Positions 9,420-18,947 of a DNA stretch of 64,000 bases are shown here, piece by piece; position 1 is the first letter of the stretch, and every line of letters begins with the position of its first letter. A program made the position numbers and the translations under genes. Where the stretch lies: the NCBI GenBank assembly GCA_963665275.2, contig CAXXIN010000018.1:224001-288000 (forward strand). Direction: 5' to 3'. The notes below the pieces were generated by a model. That model did not search any database and was not told where the DNA came from. It worked only from the letters and a program-made list of their open reading frames with translations. The stretch is from Negativicutes bacterium (lineage in GTDB: Bacteria; Bacillota; Negativicutes; UBA1444).

Positions 9420-10460
9420 ATGCGAATAGCGGTTATGGGTGTAGGGTCATTGGGGACCATCATCGGTGGACTGATTGCAAAAAGCGGCAGGGATGTTGAA
9501 CTTATCGATGCAGATGAACGGAATGTCGCCGCTTTGAACAGTCGGGGCGCCACCATTAAAGGGGCTGTCGAGACCACGGTCCCGGTAAAGGCGATTACAC
9601 CTCAGCAAATGACAGGCCAATATGACTACGTGTTTTTGCTTACCAAACAGACCTATAATGATAATGCCCTGAAGCAGCTTCTGCCGCATCTGCATGCGAA
9701 AAGTGTCGTTTGTACGCTGCAGAACGGTATACCGGAGGAATCGGTCGCTTCTTACGTGGGGAAAGAGCGAACCGTCGGTGGTACGGTGGGTTTTGGCGCG
9801 ACGTGGCTGGAACCCGGGGTGTCCATGCTGACTTCGAGCCTTGAAGCGTTGCAAAAGTTCGGGTTTGATATTGGGGAAATTGATGGACAAACGACTTCTA
9901 AGATAAAAGCAATACAGGAGATTCTGTCCGCAGTGGGCGGGTGCGCCGTTCTTCCCAATCTGTTGGCCGTCCGGTGGTCAAAACTGCTGATGAATGCTAC
10001 CTTTAGCGGCATGTCAGCCGCGATGGGCTGCACGTTCGGGGAGGTTCTCGAAAACCCCGATGCAATGAAGGTTCTGTCCCATATTGCTGATGAAACGATA
10101 AAAACAGCCCGTGCCTGCGGTCATCGCCTGGCGGAAATGCAGGGAGAGGATCTGGAACTGTTGGAACTTAAACCGGGCGAAAGCGTGAATGATAAAATGG
10201 AATTGTATCATCGGGTCTGGGATCGCCATGCCAAGCTAAAGGCCAGTATGTTGCAAGATCTGGAGAAAGGCAGGAAGACCGAAATACAATATATCAATGG
10301 TTATGTGTGCCGCAAGGGCGTGGAAAACAACGTGCCAACACCCTACAACGATTTTGTGGTTCGGCTGGTGACTGAAGCTGAAAATAGCAAGAAAGTACCG
10401 GGATTTAAGACGGCGCTTGTGCTTGTACGCAGCTTTATCGAAGAGATGGCCCGGAAGTAA
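9420..10460 (+). CDS. ketopantoate reductase (PanE/ApbA)-family 2-oxoacid reductase
   Basis: GVGSLG, LQNG, WSKLLMNA and SMLQDLEKGRKTEIQYING. Confidence 0.9.
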   Translation: MRIAVMGVGSLGTIIGGLIAKSGRDVELIDADERNVAALNSRGATIKGAVETTVPVKAITPQQMTGQYDYVFLLTKQTYNDNALKQLLPHLHAKSVVCTLQNGIPEESVASYVGKERTVGGTVGFGATWLEPGVSMLTSSLEALQKFGFDIGEIDGQTTSKIKAIQEILSAVGGCAVLPNLLAVRWSKLLMNATFSGMSAAMGCTFGEVLENPDAMKVLSHIADETIKTARACGHRLAEMQGEDLELLELKPGESVNDKMELYHRVWDRHAKLKASMLQDLEKGRKTEIQYINGYVCRKGVENNVPTPYNDFVVRLVTEAENSKKVPGFKTALVLVRSFIEEMARK

Positions 10461-10761
10461 AAATGGCTGGAAGAAAGTAAGCCGACACCAGCATTGATTC
10501 GGCGCCAAAAAATCAGCGGGATATTAATTTGGCCCGGACCAGATATCTTGCTGGATCCGGGTATTTCTTTCTTCTGAATGAAAAGCAATATATACATTAC
10601 ATTGACAAACGAAAGAGAAAAATTGCTGATGTCATTAATTTGAGCAAAGCTGATAGTTAATGTGCATTTATTTGGCACAAATAATTGGATTGATATTTTA
10701 AAATGAAAGTAAAGTTATACAATTAGGTGCAATTTTCAAAAAAAACAAAACAATAATTGTT

Positions 10762-10777
10762 TGGCATAGTTATTGCA
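10762..10777 (+). promoter_or_regulatory. sigma54 promoter upstream of the MFS/SDR genes
   Basis: TGGCATAGTTATTGCA. Confidence 0.8.
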
Positions 10778-11090
10778 TAAATAGTTGAAAAGAATCTGTT
10801 AATTAGTTAATGCCACCATAACTAAGAACGGGAGGAGCTATCTGCGGCTAATGAGCAAGGTGTTATGATGGGTTCAATAAGTGCAGTGGCAATGAGAAAG
10901 GAGGTATTTTAATAGCCGGGTACGGAAGAAACTTCGACTTCAATCGTGTGAGATAATGAGTTTGGTGGTAACGGGCAGTTTTAAAACTGTTAACTGAGTT
11001 GAGTGACGATGCACAAGGATTAACAATTAAGTGGCTTTTTAAATAAGATATCTTGTGGCTTTCGAGCGGAATAATTAATACGGAGGTATC

Positions 11091-12362
11091 GTGATGAAAA
11101 TATCAGGCGTTGAAATTTCCGGTAATCAATGGAAGAGTCTGATGGGAGCCAGTTTTGGCTGGACACTGGATGCTATGGATTGGATGATGTTGGCTCTTGC
11201 CCTTCCCTTGATTCGTGCTACTTTCGATGTCAGCTTGGCGCAGGTTGGCTTGTTGGCGACTGCAACGCTGGGCGGCGCAGCCTTGGGTGGGATTTTCGTC
11301 GGGATGCTGGCCGACTATATGGGGCGCGTCAAGGTCCTCATGATTACCATGCTCTGGTACGGTATTATGACTGCAGCTTGCGGTTTCGCCCAAAGCTACG
11401 AACAGCTGCTCATCCTCCGTTTCATCTGTGGAATCGGACTTGGCGGCGAATGGGGAGTCGGCGCAGCGTTGGTAACGGAGTACTGGCCGGAAAATCTTCG
11501 GTCGAGAGCGACTTCTTTCGTTCACAGCGGTTGGCCTGTCGGTTATGGATTGGCTTCGTTGGCTTACATGTACGTTGTTCCCATTTATGGTTGGAGATCC
11601 TTGTTCTTCATCGGCATTATACCGGCGTTCCTGGCCATTTGGGTTCGTTACTCGGTTCCTGAACCGGAAGCCTATGTTGAGGCCCAGAAGAAACGTGCTG
11701 ATGCTGAAAAGGCTGGAAATGCGGAAGCAACGAAAGCACCCTTGCGTGTACTTTTTTCAGCCGAACATCGTCGGCGCACGTTCGTGGCCTGCCTTCTGAC
11801 TACGGGCGCCCTGATGGCATATTGGGGATCAGCCAGCTGGCTGCCTTCCTACTTGGCCACGACCAGGGGCTTGGATGTCGTTAAGACCGGCGGTTTCTTG
11901 ATCATTTTGAACATCGGCGCTTTTTTCGGTTATCAGTTCTTTGGCTGGGTGGCAGATACCTACGGTCGCAGGGCATCCTTTATGCTAGGGATTACTGGTT
12001 CGATTGTCGTTACATTGGTTTATGTTTCTATCAGCGATAATGCGGCGTTAATGTGGTTCGGTCCGTTATTTGCCTTTGTCACTTATGGATTCTTCGGGCC
12101 TTTCGGATCATTCCTGGCAGAGTTGTTCCCGCCCGAGATTCGGGCTACAGCGGCAAGTCTGTGCTTCAATGTCGGACGCGGCATGTCCATGCTCTCGCCT
12201 TTGCTTATTGGAGCTTTCGCGTCAAATTATGGACTCGCGTATGGCCTCGGGCTCACCGCTGTGTTCAACCTGTTAGGTTTAGTTGCGGTTTTCCTGTTGC
12301 CTGAAACAAGAAACCTCGGGGCTGCTATTGCAAAAAAAGTAGCTGCGTCGAATAAAGCCTGA
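11091..12362 (+). CDS. MFS transporter (carboxylate/aromatic acid:H+ symporter-like)
   Basis: GWTLDAMD, LADYMGRV, GIGLGGEW...EYWP...R, ELFPPEIRATA and LPET. Confidence 0.92.
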   Translation: MMKISGVEISGNQWKSLMGASFGWTLDAMDWMMLALALPLIRATFDVSLAQVGLLATATLGGAALGGIFVGMLADYMGRVKVLMITMLWYGIMTAACGFAQSYEQLLILRFICGIGLGGEWGVGAALVTEYWPENLRSRATSFVHSGWPVGYGLASLAYMYVVPIYGWRSLFFIGIIPAFLAIWVRYSVPEPEAYVEAQKKRADAEKAGNAEATKAPLRVLFSAEHRRRTFVACLLTTGALMAYWGSASWLPSYLATTRGLDVVKTGGFLIILNIGAFFGYQFFGWVADTYGRRASFMLGITGSIVVTLVYVSISDNAALMWFGPLFAFVTYGFFGPFGSFLAELFPPEIRATAASLCFNVGRGMSMLSPLLIGAFASNYGLAYGLGLTAVFNLLGLVAVFLLPETRNLGAAIAKKVAASNKA

Positions 12363-12709
12363 CCCATAAGCCAAGAAGGGCTGTGTTGAAACTTTGGTTT
12401 CTGCACAGCCTTTCGTTTTAATGACAGCAAATTAGTCTGCAGGCGAGCATAGCCAGTAGTGGCACGCAAGATTTGACATATTCGATCGGAAATTTTGAGC
12501 AAGTGTTTTTAATATCTTTGGATTGCGAATCATATTGGTAAGTTATTCTGGCGTTGACCTGATCGTGGCGATGAAAAAAGTGCAATTGCCAGAATAATTA
12601 ACAATTTGTAAATCATGTGTTCAATTATTTAACAGTCAAGCTGGAACTGCTGCAGATTATCAAATCTCAGCCATTCTTCGGAAAAATTTGTAAGTGGGGG
12701 GCATGAATT

Positions 12710-13447
12710 GTGATTTTAAGAGACAAAGTGGCGGTAGTCACGGGCGCAGGGCAGGGAATCGGTGAAGCGATCGCAATGGCATTCGCGATTGCAGGGGCTT
12801 CGATTGTTGTAGCAGACATTAATTTTGACAATGCAAAAAAAGTTGCTTCCCAGTTGGCTACAGTGCATAAAATAGCAGCTGAAGCGGTGAAGGTAGATGT
12901 CAGCGACAATGAAAGTGTTGTTAAAATGATTGCTTTCGTCCAAGAAAAATTTGGCCATATCGATATTTTGGTCAACAATGCCGGGATCGTCCAGGCAGCA
13001 ACAACGTTTGAAGACATAAGCGACAAAGATTGGGATCGAGTGCTTGGTGTAAATCTTCGAGGAACGATCAATTGCTGCAAGGCCGTTATCCCCTCGTTCA
13101 AGGAAAGAAAATATGGCAAAATTATCAACCTGGCTTCTCTTGCCGGAGAAGTCGGCGGCATCGCTGTTGCACCGACCTATGCAGTCAGCAAAGCGGCAAT
13201 CATCTGCCTGACGAAATCGTTGGCCAAGTATCTGGGGCCCTACCAGGTGAATGTGAATGCAGTTGCTCCGGGATTCATCAAAACCACGATGACTGCAGAT
13301 CTTAATTACAATCCAGACACAGTGCCGATGAAACGGCTGGGTGAAGCTGCGGAAGTTGCCGATCTGATCCTTTATTTGGCGTCGGACCGCTCAAGCTATA
13401 TTACCGGGGCAACTATGGATGTGAATGGCGGCGTGTACATGAAATAG
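12710..13447 (+). CDS. SDR-family oxidoreductase
   Basis: TGAGQGIG, NNAG and YAVSK catalytic motif. Confidence 0.93.
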   Translation: MILRDKVAVVTGAGQGIGEAIAMAFAIAGASIVVADINFDNAKKVASQLATVHKIAAEAVKVDVSDNESVVKMIAFVQEKFGHIDILVNNAGIVQAATTFEDISDKDWDRVLGVNLRGTINCCKAVIPSFKERKYGKIINLASLAGEVGGIAVAPTYAVSKAAIICLTKSLAKYLGPYQVNVNAVAPGFIKTTMTADLNYNPDTVPMKRLGEAAEVADLILYLASDRSSYITGATMDVNGGVYMK

Positions 13448-13476
13448 TCCAAACTCATTCGAAAGGGGGTGTAGGT

Positions 13477-14262
13477 ATGGAACTGGGTTTAACGAACCGG
13501 GTAGTGGCTGTCACCGGTGGCGCCGCAGGCATAGGCAAGGGGTGTGTACAGGCTTTCCTGCAAGAGGGGTGCCGGGTGGCTATCTGCGGGCGTAGCCTGG
13601 AAAAACTGGCAGCAGCGAAGGCGGAGTTCCGTCAGATGGGTTATGAAGTTTTGACCTGCGTAGCAGATGTCACGCAAAGTCAGGAGCTTGTGGATTTTGC
13701 CGCTAAAGTGGAAGCCGAATACGGTGGGATTGACGTTTGGATCAACAATGCAGGCAAATTTATGATTAAAAATCTGCTGGATATGAGCGAAGATGAATGG
13801 GACGAAATTTTCAAGCAAAATGTTAAGTCTGTTTTCATCGGCGCAAAAGTTGCAGCCCCCCATTTGATTAAGCGGGGTGGCGGAGTCATCTTCAACGCAT
13901 CCTCTTATGCCTCCATCATTCCATCGGCAAGCGTGGGCGCGTATGCCGCGACCAAGGCGGCGGTATCCAGCATTAACCGCGTTTTGGCTGCTGAGCTTGC
14001 ACCGTTTGGAATTCGCGTGATCGCATACGCTCCTGGCGTCGTAGTGACAGATATGAGTGCCGCAATGATTTCGGCCAATGGCCCCAAAATAGCTGAGCAA
14101 AGTGCTTTAAACCGTCTTGGCGTGCCTGGCGATGTTGCCAACTATCTTGTATTTCTTGCTTCTGACGCCGCCAGCTATATCACAGGGACTACTGTGGAGA
14201 TAAGCGGTGGCAAGTTATGTGTTCAAAACCCAGCTCAACCCTGGAACCAAAGAAAGGGGTAG
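13477..14262 (+). CDS. SDR-family oxidoreductase
   Basis: TGGAAGIG, NNAG and YAATK. Confidence 0.93.
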   Translation: MELGLTNRVVAVTGGAAGIGKGCVQAFLQEGCRVAICGRSLEKLAAAKAEFRQMGYEVLTCVADVTQSQELVDFAAKVEAEYGGIDVWINNAGKFMIKNLLDMSEDEWDEIFKQNVKSVFIGAKVAAPHLIKRGGGVIFNASSYASIIPSASVGAYAATKAAVSSINRVLAAELAPFGIRVIAYAPGVVVTDMSAAMISANGPKIAEQSALNRLGVPGDVANYLVFLASDAASYITGTTVEISGGKLCVQNPAQPWNQRKG

Positions 14263-14268
14263 ATAAGG

Positions 14269-15309
14269 GTGAAATGTGCAGTTTTGACCGGAAACGAAAA
14301 ATTTGAGCTCAAAGAGACGGAATTAAGAGTTAAGCGAAATCCAATCATTAAAGTGACTCATGTTGGAGTATGCGGTACGGATCTTTCTTATTGGAAAGAC
14401 GGTGAAAACTATAAAGGCATGGTCATTGGGCATGAGTATGCAGGGATTATTGAAGACCCCGGGACGACGGGCTTGTTCAAACAAGGGGACCGAGTTGCAG
14501 GCTATACGCAGAACGTTTACGATGAACCATGCGGTCATTGCGAGAATTGCCTGCAAGAAAATTTCGATCAATGCACCAATCGAAAAATCCTGACCTGGAA
14601 GGGCGGGGAACTCAGTCACCCTGGGGCGTATTGCCAATTCACCACTTGGTTTCCCCGGAGCCTGTTTAAGTTGCCTGATCAAGTATCCACTGCTGAAGCG
14701 GCGCTCATTGAACCGATTACAGTAGCGCTGCATGCGGTGATGCTTACTGAGGTTAAACCCGGTGATAAAGTGCTGATTTTAGGCGGGGGAATTATCGGCC
14801 TGGGTGTTGCGGAGTGGGTGAGGAGCTTCGGCGCAGCAGAAATCACAATTTCTGAAATCAACCAACAGAAGATTGAAGTAATCACGAACTATCAGATTGC
14901 CGAGCATGTAATTCAAGCTGATGCCCCTGACTTGGACGATCAATTTTGGGCAGCCTCCGATGGAGGTTATGATATTATCTTTGACTGCGCCGGGATAGCA
15001 TCAGCCGTTAATGCAGGCATTAGAGCCTTAAAGAAAGAAAAGAAAAAGCAAATCACGGCGATTGCTCTACCACGCAGTGAGTTGGCAATAAATTATCGGG
15101 AACTGGTGTTAAGAGAGATTGTCCTGCGTGGAAGCAAAGGCCACACAGCGGATGAATTTAAGGCTGTTCTTCGTGCTGTTGGCGACAACCGGATCAATTT
15201 GGAAAAATATATTTCCAAACGCATTAAGTTTGAAAATGTTCAACAGGGATTCGAGGAATTAAAGAAGAGCGGCGGGTTGGAAACCAAGGCGATCCTCGAA
15301 ATGGAATGA
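14269..15309 (+). CDS. Zn-dependent MDR alcohol/diol dehydrogenase (butanediol/sorbitol dehydrogenase-like)
   Basis: CGTD, GHEYAG, structural Zn motif CxxCxxC-x7-C and GGGIIG. Confidence 0.9.
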   Translation: MKCAVLTGNEKFELKETELRVKRNPIIKVTHVGVCGTDLSYWKDGENYKGMVIGHEYAGIIEDPGTTGLFKQGDRVAGYTQNVYDEPCGHCENCLQENFDQCTNRKILTWKGGELSHPGAYCQFTTWFPRSLFKLPDQVSTAEAALIEPITVALHAVMLTEVKPGDKVLILGGGIIGLGVAEWVRSFGAAEITISEINQQKIEVITNYQIAEHVIQADAPDLDDQFWAASDGGYDIIFDCAGIASAVNAGIRALKKEKKKQITAIALPRSELAINYRELVLREIVLRGSKGHTADEFKAVLRAVGDNRINLEKYISKRIKFENVQQGFEELKKSGGLETKAILEME

Positions 15310-15334
15310 CCGGGAGCTAAATTGAGAGGAAAGG

Positions 15335-15814
15335 GTGATTTTCACAATGAAAAAACTAAAAGATTTTGGGATTGAACATGTGGGCTTTATCGTTAAAGAT
15401 TTAGATGCTGCAGTTGATCACTTTAAAAACCTTTATGGCATAGAGGAATTTCAAATTTATAATTTTTCGCCAGGCAGGGCGTGGTCTTATGGCAAAGAGG
15501 TTGAAAATTACGCCCTGAAGATTGCAATGTGCGGTGTAAATGATGTAAGCAGCGGGATTGAAATTATTCAGCCTGTTTCAGGCGAGGGCGTGCACAAGGA
15601 CTTTATCGCAGAGGGAAACACCGGACTGCATCACATTGCCTTTAAGGTTGATGACTACGATTACTGGCGGGAGTATTTTGTTGCCAAAGGTTCACGGTTT
15701 GTTTTCGAATCAGAAACAGAGGATGCGGTCAATGGCTACCGACGTTGTTTTTATGCAGAAGATAAGGAAAACAATATGGTGTATGAAATCAAAGAGACGG
15801 CGCATTTTAGATAA
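15335..15814 (+). CDS. VOC-family protein (methylmalonyl-CoA epimerase/glyoxalase-like)
   Basis: IEHVGFIVKDLDAA, IEIIQP, GLHHIAFKVDD and terminal YEI. Confidence 0.88.
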   Translation: MIFTMKKLKDFGIEHVGFIVKDLDAAVDHFKNLYGIEEFQIYNFSPGRAWSYGKEVENYALKIAMCGVNDVSSGIEIIQPVSGEGVHKDFIAEGNTGLHHIAFKVDDYDYWREYFVAKGSRFVFESETEDAVNGYRRCFYAEDKENNMVYEIKETAHFR

Positions 15815-16043
15815 TCGGAGCGTGCAGTTTCGGCAGGTTGACTGAGTAAAGCGGGCCCTGGAGCACTTGGCGTGTTTCGGGCTCACTTTTTTTTGCATGT
15901 TCGATGACACGCTCATTGCCAGGAGGTGATAGTGTTAACAAATTCTGCAATAACGCAATCAAGTGCTCAATTTTAGGACAGCGATCCTTTGGCGGAAATC
16001 ATTTAACGCTGAAAAAGGCTTATACTAGCTGAAATGTATCAGT

Positions 16044-16059
16044 TGGCATGATTTTTGCA
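16044..16059 (+). promoter_or_regulatory. sigma54 promoter of 4hbD-lipB-lipA
   Basis: TGGCATGATTTTTGCA. Confidence 0.85.
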
Positions 16060-16099
16060 ACAGTGAAGATTATAAACTAATATGAATGGAGATGTTCAC

Positions 16100-17215
16100 A
16101 TGTATAACTTTAAATTGGCAACGGAAATCAAAATGTTCGATTCCATCGATGAATTTGTAACAGCCATGGATTTCACCGAACGCGATCTGGTCGTCACCAA
16201 TGCTCCGGTATATGAGCCCCAATTAAACGGGTATAATCTGAAATGTCGGGTAGTCTTCCAGGAAAAATACGGCAATGGTGAACCGAACGATCGTATGATC
16301 AATGCTATCCTTCAGGATTTGCGCGGATACGAATTCGACCGCGTATTTGCCATCGGTGGAGGGACCGTTATTGACGTCGCCAAGATTATTTCTTTATCTG
16401 GCGTTGAAGATGTACTGGATGCCCTATATGGACGGATTTCCATAACACGGACACGCAAATTGATGGTTATTCCCACTACCTGCGGCACAGGCAGCGAAGT
16501 GACCAATATTGCAATCCTTGAGGATACTCAGGCCCATGTCAAGAAAGGCATCGTCGGTCCGGCGATCTTCCCGGACGCGGCAATTCTGGTGCCGGATTTG
16601 GTCAAAGGTCTGCCATACAAATTCTTTGCATTCAGTTCCATCGATGCTTTGATCCATGCCATAGAATCCTATTTGGCGCCAGCTTCGAACAGCATTACGG
16701 AAATGTTTGCGGTCAGTGCAATGCAAAGTATCATTGCCGCCTATCGCGACATCGCCCAGAATGGACCGGCCGCTCAAGCGAAAAATATCGGTAAAGTGTT
16801 ACTTGCCAGTACCAGTGCCGGCATCGCTTTCGGCAATACCGGCGTCGGCGCCGTTCACGCCATGTCTTACCCTCTGGGCGGGAAATATCACGTTCCTCAT
16901 GGTGAAGCTAATTATGCTTTCCTGGATATTGTGCTGAGAAAATATGAGCAACTGAATCCCAATGGAAAAATCCAGAGTCTAAAACATATATTGGGGGATT
17001 GTCTGGGAGTTGTCGGCGACGATCAAGTCATTGCGGCCTTGGCCGAACTTCTGAACCGGATTATTCCCCTCAAGAGCTTACAGGAGTATGGCGTTCAGGA
17101 GAATGAACTGGGAAACTTTGCCGAGGCGGCTATGGCGCAGGAACGGCTGATGAAAAATAATTACAAACCGTTAAGCCTGCAAGACGTGACCAAAATGTAT
17201 CAATCCCGCTACTGA
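16100..17215 (+). CDS. 4hbD: 4-hydroxybutyrate dehydrogenase (Fe-containing ADH family)
   Basis: FQEKYGNGEPND is characteristic of clostridial 4HbD. Also AIGGGTVID, PTTCGTGSEVT and HAMSYPLGGKYHVPHGEANY. Confidence 0.85.
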   Translation: MYNFKLATEIKMFDSIDEFVTAMDFTERDLVVTNAPVYEPQLNGYNLKCRVVFQEKYGNGEPNDRMINAILQDLRGYEFDRVFAIGGGTVIDVAKIISLSGVEDVLDALYGRISITRTRKLMVIPTTCGTGSEVTNIAILEDTQAHVKKGIVGPAIFPDAAILVPDLVKGLPYKFFAFSSIDALIHAIESYLAPASNSITEMFAVSAMQSIIAAYRDIAQNGPAAQAKNIGKVLLASTSAGIAFGNTGVGAVHAMSYPLGGKYHVPHGEANYAFLDIVLRKYEQLNPNGKIQSLKHILGDCLGVVGDDQVIAALAELLNRIIPLKSLQEYGVQENELGNFAEAAMAQERLMKNNYKPLSLQDVTKMYQSRY

Positions 17216-17225
17216 TTCGAAATAA

Positions 17226-17888
17226 ATGACAAGGCGATGTGCGTTGATCAAGTCAGGACAACTGACTTATGAAGAAGGGTTGCGATTACAACAGAAAGCT
17301 TGGGATTCTGTGGCGGCAGGGGAATGGGACGGCGCTCTTATATTACTGGAGCATTCCCCGGTAGTTACCCTGGGGAGAAATCATGCCACCCCGGAGTTAC
17401 TGCTGTCGTCGGAAGAATATCGAGAGCGGGGCATTGAGGTAGTGCATTGCAAGCGCGGCGGTAAAGCAACCTGCCATAATCCAGGCCAATTGGTTGGTTA
17501 TCCCATCCTGAATTTAACGAACTGGCAACAAGATAGTCATTGGTATTTGCGTCTACTTGAACAAGCCGTCATAAACACGGTGGGAAAATTCGGCATAGTC
17601 GCTGGACGCAAGGAGGTCTATACAGGGGTATGGGCCAACGACCGAAAAATTGCCGCCATCGGGGTTGCTATTCGCCGCTGGATTACCAGTCATGGATTTG
17701 CCTTGAATGTGCATAACGACCTAGACCTTTTTTCGGCTATTGTGCCTTGTGGCATCAGCGAATTCGGCGTGACCAGTATGCTGGCGGAGGGTGTTGCCGG
17801 ATTATCTGTGGGAGAGGTTGCGGATGTTCTTATCCGTGAAATGGAAGTAGCGCTGCAATGTTCTTTTGTCACCACGGAAATAGAATAG
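17226..17888 (+). CDS. lipB: lipoyl(octanoyl) transferase
   Basis: LLEHSPVVTLGR, RGGKATCHNPGQLVGYPI, KIAAIG, HGFALN and IVPCGI. Confidence 0.93.
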   Translation: MTRRCALIKSGQLTYEEGLRLQQKAWDSVAAGEWDGALILLEHSPVVTLGRNHATPELLLSSEEYRERGIEVVHCKRGGKATCHNPGQLVGYPILNLTNWQQDSHWYLRLLEQAVINTVGKFGIVAGRKEVYTGVWANDRKIAAIGVAIRRWITSHGFALNVHNDLDLFSAIVPCGISEFGVTSMLAEGVAGLSVGEVADVLIREMEVALQCSFVTTEIE

Positions 17889-17914
17889 AATGAGTCAGCG
17901 CACTTAGAACGGAG

Positions 17915-18793
17915 ATGGTTCAACAGATGGCAACAATGGACAAGAAAAAACAAGAACGCCCACAGTGGCTGAAACAGCGGGTAACTGCCGCGGGGGTGAC
18001 TGCCGTCAGTGCCCTGATGCGTGATTTCGAACTCCATACAGTATGTCAGAGTGCTGATTGCCCCAATCTGGGGGAGTGCTTTGGCGCCCGGACGGCTACC
18101 TTTCTGATATTGGGTGGTGTTTGTACCAGAAATTGCCGCTTCTGTTCGATAGCCAAAGGAGTACCGCAGCAACTGGATATGAATGAACCTGAACGGGTTG
18201 CGCAGGCGGTAAAGACCCTGGGACTGAAGCATGCGGTCGTAACTTCCGTAACACGGGATGACCTTCCAGACGGCGGGGCGGGACAATTCGTCGCTTGTAT
18301 CCAAAAGATACGGCAAGTGAACCCAGGCACAACCGTGGAGGTACTGGTTCCGGATTTTGGAGGGGATGAGGTCGCCTTGATGGCAGTGTTGGAAGCAAAT
18401 CCTGATGTATTCAACCACAACGTCGAAACTGTTCCCAGATTGTATCCCACGGTGCGACCGGAAGCGGAGTACCAACGTTCTCTCGGTGTTCTGCAGCAAG
18501 CAGCCCAATACGATTCCATCATCACTAAAAGTGGCATTATGCTGGGTTTGGGTGAAACGGAAGCAGAAGTTATCCAGCTCCTAAAGGACTGGGCGGCCAA
18601 CGGCGTGCAGGCGATAACCATCGGCCAGTACATGCAGCCATCGCCGGCGCACCTGGAGATCGTGGAATATATTCATCCGGATCAGTTCAAGAATTATGAA
18701 AAAATCGGTTACGACATGGGTTTTCGACAGGTTGTATCGGGCCCCCTGGTACGTAGCTCATACCATGCAGCAGCATTGTTGAAGGAGGTTTAA
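17915..18793 (+). CDS. lipA: lipoyl synthase (radical SAM)
   Basis: CQSADCPNLGEC, CTRNCRFC, NHNVETV and GPLVRSSYHA. Confidence 0.96.
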   Translation: MVQQMATMDKKKQERPQWLKQRVTAAGVTAVSALMRDFELHTVCQSADCPNLGECFGARTATFLILGGVCTRNCRFCSIAKGVPQQLDMNEPERVAQAVKTLGLKHAVVTSVTRDDLPDGGAGQFVACIQKIRQVNPGTTVEVLVPDFGGDEVALMAVLEANPDVFNHNVETVPRLYPTVRPEAEYQRSLGVLQQAAQYDSIITKSGIMLGLGETEAEVIQLLKDWAANGVQAITIGQYMQPSPAHLEIVEYIHPDQFKNYEKIGYDMGFRQVVSGPLVRSSYHAAALLKEV

Positions 18794-18947
18794 TCGAGAA
18801 CTGTAAATTGCATGGTTGGGCTACTCTAGATGATTTGTATCTACAAGGCGAATCCGTTATAATAAATACGTCCTAAATATCGCAATTGAATGACAATTGC
18901 GATTGTTCACCTGCGGTGACCTAGCAGCTAACGGGGAGGTTTGGTAG

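Noticed and set aside
12459-12660. sigma54 promoter directly before the SDR genes
   Set aside because: The candidates (TGGCACGCAAGATTTG, TGGAACTGCTGCAGA) do not give GG-N10-GC.
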